Part shown: positions 62,101 to 64,000 of the stretch, piece by piece
Numbering within the stretch: the stretch's first letter is position 1
How the letters are laid out: each line of letters opens with the position of its first letter
Origin: Desulfuromonadales bacterium
GTDB lineage: Bacteria > Desulfobacterota > Desulfuromonadia > Desulfuromonadales > SZUA-540
Direction of reading: 5' to 3'
Assembly: GCA_033549025.1 (NCBI GenBank)
Contig: JAWSUS010000008.1
Span: 1 to 64,000, forward strand
DNA length: 64,000 nucleotides
Notes under the pieces: generated by a model
What the model saw: the letters and a program-made list of their open reading frames with translations, nothing else
Told to the model about the DNA's origin: nothing
Database searches by the model: none
Translations under genes and position numbers: made by a program

Positions 62101-63717
62101 GACCACGGCCTTGGCGGCGTCTTCGAGGGCCGTTTTCTGTTTCAGGATCAACTTCTGCTTGGCCTCGTCGACCGCCTTTTTCTTGACCGACTCGGCCATG
62201 TCGGCACCGGCCTTCTTCTGCAGCGCCTCGACGAGCTGCTGTTTGTTCTTGAGGATGCCGATGCCGTGCTTCTGTTTGGCCGCCGCGAGTTCCTTGCCCA
62301 TCAGGCCGCTGTGGTCCACACCGGGCTCCAGCTTATCCAGCAGCTCGATGGTCTCCTGTTTGGTCATGTTGAGGGAGATGCCGTTCTCCTTCGCCATCTC
62401 CTTGAGCTGCTGGGCAGTCATGCCCCCCAGCCCCTCGGCGGGAGGGATCTTCGCCATCTGGGCGGCGAGCAGCTTGGCCTGTTTGAGTTCCGCCTGCTTC
62501 AGTCCGAGCAGCTCGACCAGTTCTTCCTTGGTCCGCAGCAGACCGATCTTATGTTCCTTGAGCTTGGCGCTGAGCGCCGCTCCGGCCAGGTCGCCGTGAT
62601 CGATCCCGGGTTCGGCCAGATCGAGCAACTTGATGAAATCGGCCTTGGTCCGGGCGATGGCCACGCCGTTCTGTTTCGCCAGGGTCTGGAGCTGTTTGAC
62701 CGTCAGCGAGCCGAGGTCGGCGATGTCGCCGTTTTCAAAGGCGCTCTTGAGCTTGGCATTCTCCTTGGCTTGGGCGTCGGCCATGCCTTCCAGTACGTGG
62801 GGCGGGAGAATGCAGGCGTCCCCCTGAGATGCCTGTGCGGCTGCCTTGGCGGCCATCTCGCTGCCGCAGACGGTCATCGGCCAAGCCACGATATTTGTGC
62901 AGCGGCAGTGCGGATGCGCGGGTTGCTGGGGGAACTTGTCGATTAGAAAGATCTTGCCGTCCAGGCCGCCGCAGACCGGGCACATGCGCTCGTCCTCCAT
63001 GGCCAGCCATTCCAGCTTCTGGATGCCGACCCGCTCGTGGAACTTGAGCCTGCCCATGTTGTGGGCGCGGAGGACCTCGGTGCGGGCGATCATCTCCATG
63101 CGGTACTGCGCCTTGCTGAACACCCGGCTTCCGGCCTGACGAAAGGAATCCTTGTCGATGATCACCTTGCCCATGTCCCGGACGATGTCGTCGGCTCCCT
63201 TGCCCGTGGCGACGCCGTTCAGGATGGTGCGCTTGATGCCGTCTGCGAGTTCGCGGTGGACGTCACCGGCGAGCGTGAGGTTGTACTGAGCCATGAAGTC
63301 GAGGGCGTTGGTGTCGACAATGGTGAACACATTGGTGGCCAACTTGTCGATGCCCTCGGGCTTCAGGTCGGCGTAGAACGGCAGCGCCGCGTCGGCGAGC
63401 TCTCCGATTCCCTGCTGGATGCCGAGCTTGAAGGAGTCCTTGGTCGTCTTGCGAAAGACCAGGGTCTGCTCCCGCTTGAGCCGCTTCATGGTGTCGTCGA
63501 GTTCGAGCTGGAGCTTTTCCAGCCCCTTGAGCGCGGCGAGCTTGTTGTCCGGCAGGGAGCCGAGGGAGCGGTACTGGAGAATGGCGCGGGCGACCTCGTC
63601 TTCGGCCTGTTTCAGCGCCTGGGTGAGCTGGGCCGTGACCTGGTCGTTGTAGCGGTTGCGGGCCGTCAGGCTTTTCAGGGTGGCGACCTGGATGCGCTGC
63701 TTGAGGTCCGATGGCAT
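59128..63717 (-). CDS. MuF/SPP1 gp7-family head morphogenesis protein with HeH-like repeats, HipA/PI3-4-kinase-like domain and C-terminal ART-like domain
   Basis: IARTEVLRAHN..EW...DERMCPVC..LDG..PAHPHCRC (MuF); GGAH..KWLFKP..E..AYKI..DWLIANHDGHSKQF..IDKG (kinase); VHDLT..SYFFTR..NETIF (ART-like). Confidence 0.85.
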   Translation of the reverse strand: MPSDLKQRIQVATLKSLTARNRYNDQVTAQLTQALKQAEDEVARAILQYRSLGSLPDNKLAALKGLEKLQLELDDTMKRLKREQTLVFRKTTKDSFKLGIQQGIGELADAALPFYADLKPEGIDKLATNVFTIVDTNALDFMAQYNLTLAGDVHRELADGIKRTILNGVATGKGADDIVRDMGKVIIDKDSFRQAGSRVFSKAQYRMEMIARTEVLRAHNMGRLKFHERVGIQKLEWLAMEDERMCPVCGGLDGKIFLIDKFPQQPAHPHCRCTNIVAWPMTVCGSEMAAKAAAQASQGDACILPPHVLEGMADAQAKENAKLKSAFENGDIADLGSLTVKQLQTLAKQNGVAIARTKADFIKLLDLAEPGIDHGDLAGAALSAKLKEHKIGLLRTKEELVELLGLKQAELKQAKLLAAQMAKIPPAEGLGGMTAQQLKEMAKENGISLNMTKQETIELLDKLEPGVDHSGLMGKELAAAKQKHGIGILKNKQQLVEALQKKAGADMAESVKKKAVDEAKQKLILKQKTALEDAAKAVVVPDTPTGYKDFLDAIAKAEQAVSGGTDLPQDLLAAHSKEIALKKQLFQDQVGKLKSTELKTLAKETKVQYWQWANKDELTTLFTETDPAKIKAVQASIDTKHAAWAEKHGGKKKTAPAKPATPKKDPPKPAPQPSPVKPPEAKIGKKGAEFATVDSAWQQKGLPSKFKKTGKAAVGGAHEKEFWTDENGDKWLFKPVGRKDDEFIAFGEEAAYKIGRLIDPHSIEVRTIQLNGRTGSIQKWRTDLRDDFDFRNILPQDLTTIELEQIQREHVVDWLIANHDGHSKQFIRARDGRVYGIDKGQAFKFLGQDKLSLDYHPNGVCGEEEPFYNKVFRAAKEGKVRVDPNPTFRYIQEVEKIADEDYLDLLRPYAEGRFSKDPAGLRHFYDLVLERKHNLRRDFEGYYADVLGDRGFRFDKLSAATGKKKLLSSAEETLVEEARKLGWQGKTLPFDSGDVEDQNALIFTESFKGKKRTVVKMKIRPDTDRRIDEVLRRYVQTAAGEKGQPLVEDSFFPTILDAVKNVNFHVGDGKYNRTKIDKALRLRKKLETLQKSADPKVKEMADHYLKWVKEIEESVDWDRATNGVFDQYLPKLDAQKPKEKPPFKVERGKVTHTKRRIGSGTITVEADDIDNRTLFNHNSRMQDGHQYTVTFEDGTRVRYRPWSDTNLYAQRGELEMILDGDATPGRVEAMLEKLEQLGIDTRVATAENAEQMYLEKLAYIRKTDKSADYKRLQKSLDDRNATTTERVQALRGYWQKELGVQDITQLSGYNPLGEYQAGFLDRDAKGGYRHQFRFDITDEELEKQMKGYSLVHDLTNGESMSGFIDLIMENNGAMVSTVEKMRMGVAPGGMSPVADMQTGGASYFFTRIKKQPASDASPALYFKKQMLRRMDAISYDHDAYGKVIDDYVQRNRGASIDDWKRFSQRHGNETIFKYSVTLLDNIEFIVARSDNERREIIQSFTRRGIKKLPDGRKVEDIVHTPQSWSKRKQ

Positions 63718-64000
63718 CAGCGGAGCTCCCGGCGGTCGATGAAGCGACAGGCCGGGGCGTCGAAGGTGCGCTCGCTGTTGTGGACCCGGCAGTGGTTGGT
63801 GTCAGCAATGAAGTGGCTGCACTCGTCGCACACGGCCGCATCGCCGGTGGACTCCAGGTCGCCCGACCAGACCAATGCCGCCTCCGCCGTGGGTTCATCG
63901 TCCTCGGCCGGAATCCCGAGCATCTTCCGGGCGCGAGGCACGCTGAGGATGCCGGAGACGACCATATCCACCACCGGCTTCACCTGCTTCTCGTCCATCA
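63717..64000 (-). CDS. C-terminal part of a gene running off the window, probably the portal
   Basis: Directly upstream of MuF (TGATG overlap); GILSVPRARKMLG is a portal-like end; Cys-rich tail CDECSHF..CRVH..AC. Confidence 0.5.
   Translation of the reverse strand, partial: MDEKQVKPVVDMVVSGILSVPRARKMLGIPAEDDEPTAEAALVWSGDLESTGDAAVCDECSHFIADTNHCRVHNSERTFDAPACRFIDRRELR

Larger units (their letters stand above)
25870..64000 (-). mobile_element. Prophage late region (contractile-tail, myovirus-type); continues past the right edge; left boundary uncertain and may include the R-M cassette down to ~17400
   Basis: Contiguous co-oriented MuF, protease/scaffold, capsid, neck, sheath, tube, tape measure, gpD, gpV, PAAR, gp25, gpJ and gpI genes. 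Confidence 0.93.

Overview
GC-rich bacterial DNA; gene content and protein style suggest a Desulfuromonadia-like host (inference). It has four zones. (1) 1-~1100 is mobile-element debris: an IS200/IS605-type right end, fused fragments of a YafQ/RelE toxin and a TOTE-type primase-helicase, and a terminator plus IHF-like site. (2) ~1350-17000 is chromosomal or accessory DNA: sulP-usp, prfC, a stand-alone Hen1-type methyltransferase, uppP and pdxJ. It also holds an unusual minus-strand run of a Cys-less ArsD-like gene, an MFS transporter, five DksA/TraR-family zinc-finger genes, an ADP-ribosylglycohydrolase, a groES-less groEL and helD. (3) ~17400-25850 is a defence cassette: HARE-HTH-Mrr and a type I R-M system whose hsdS contains a (CAAG)19 slippage tract. 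(4) ~25870-64000 is the late region of a contractile-tail prophage that runs off the right edge, with an amidoligase/GATase/GGCT accessory module. The strongest candidates for an undescribed system are in the head module. A 1529-aa MuF head-morphogenesis protein carries HeH-like repeats, a HipA/PI3-4-kinase-like domain and a C-terminal DarT-like ADP-ribosyltransferase-fold domain, and is followed by two translationally coupled small genes that may encode immunity. Next to it, a DNA adenine methyltransferase is fused to the prohead protease/scaffold. A 34-bp bipartite motif occurs four times upstream of late gene blocks and is a candidate phage late promoter. All family calls were made by eye from motifs; no searches were run.
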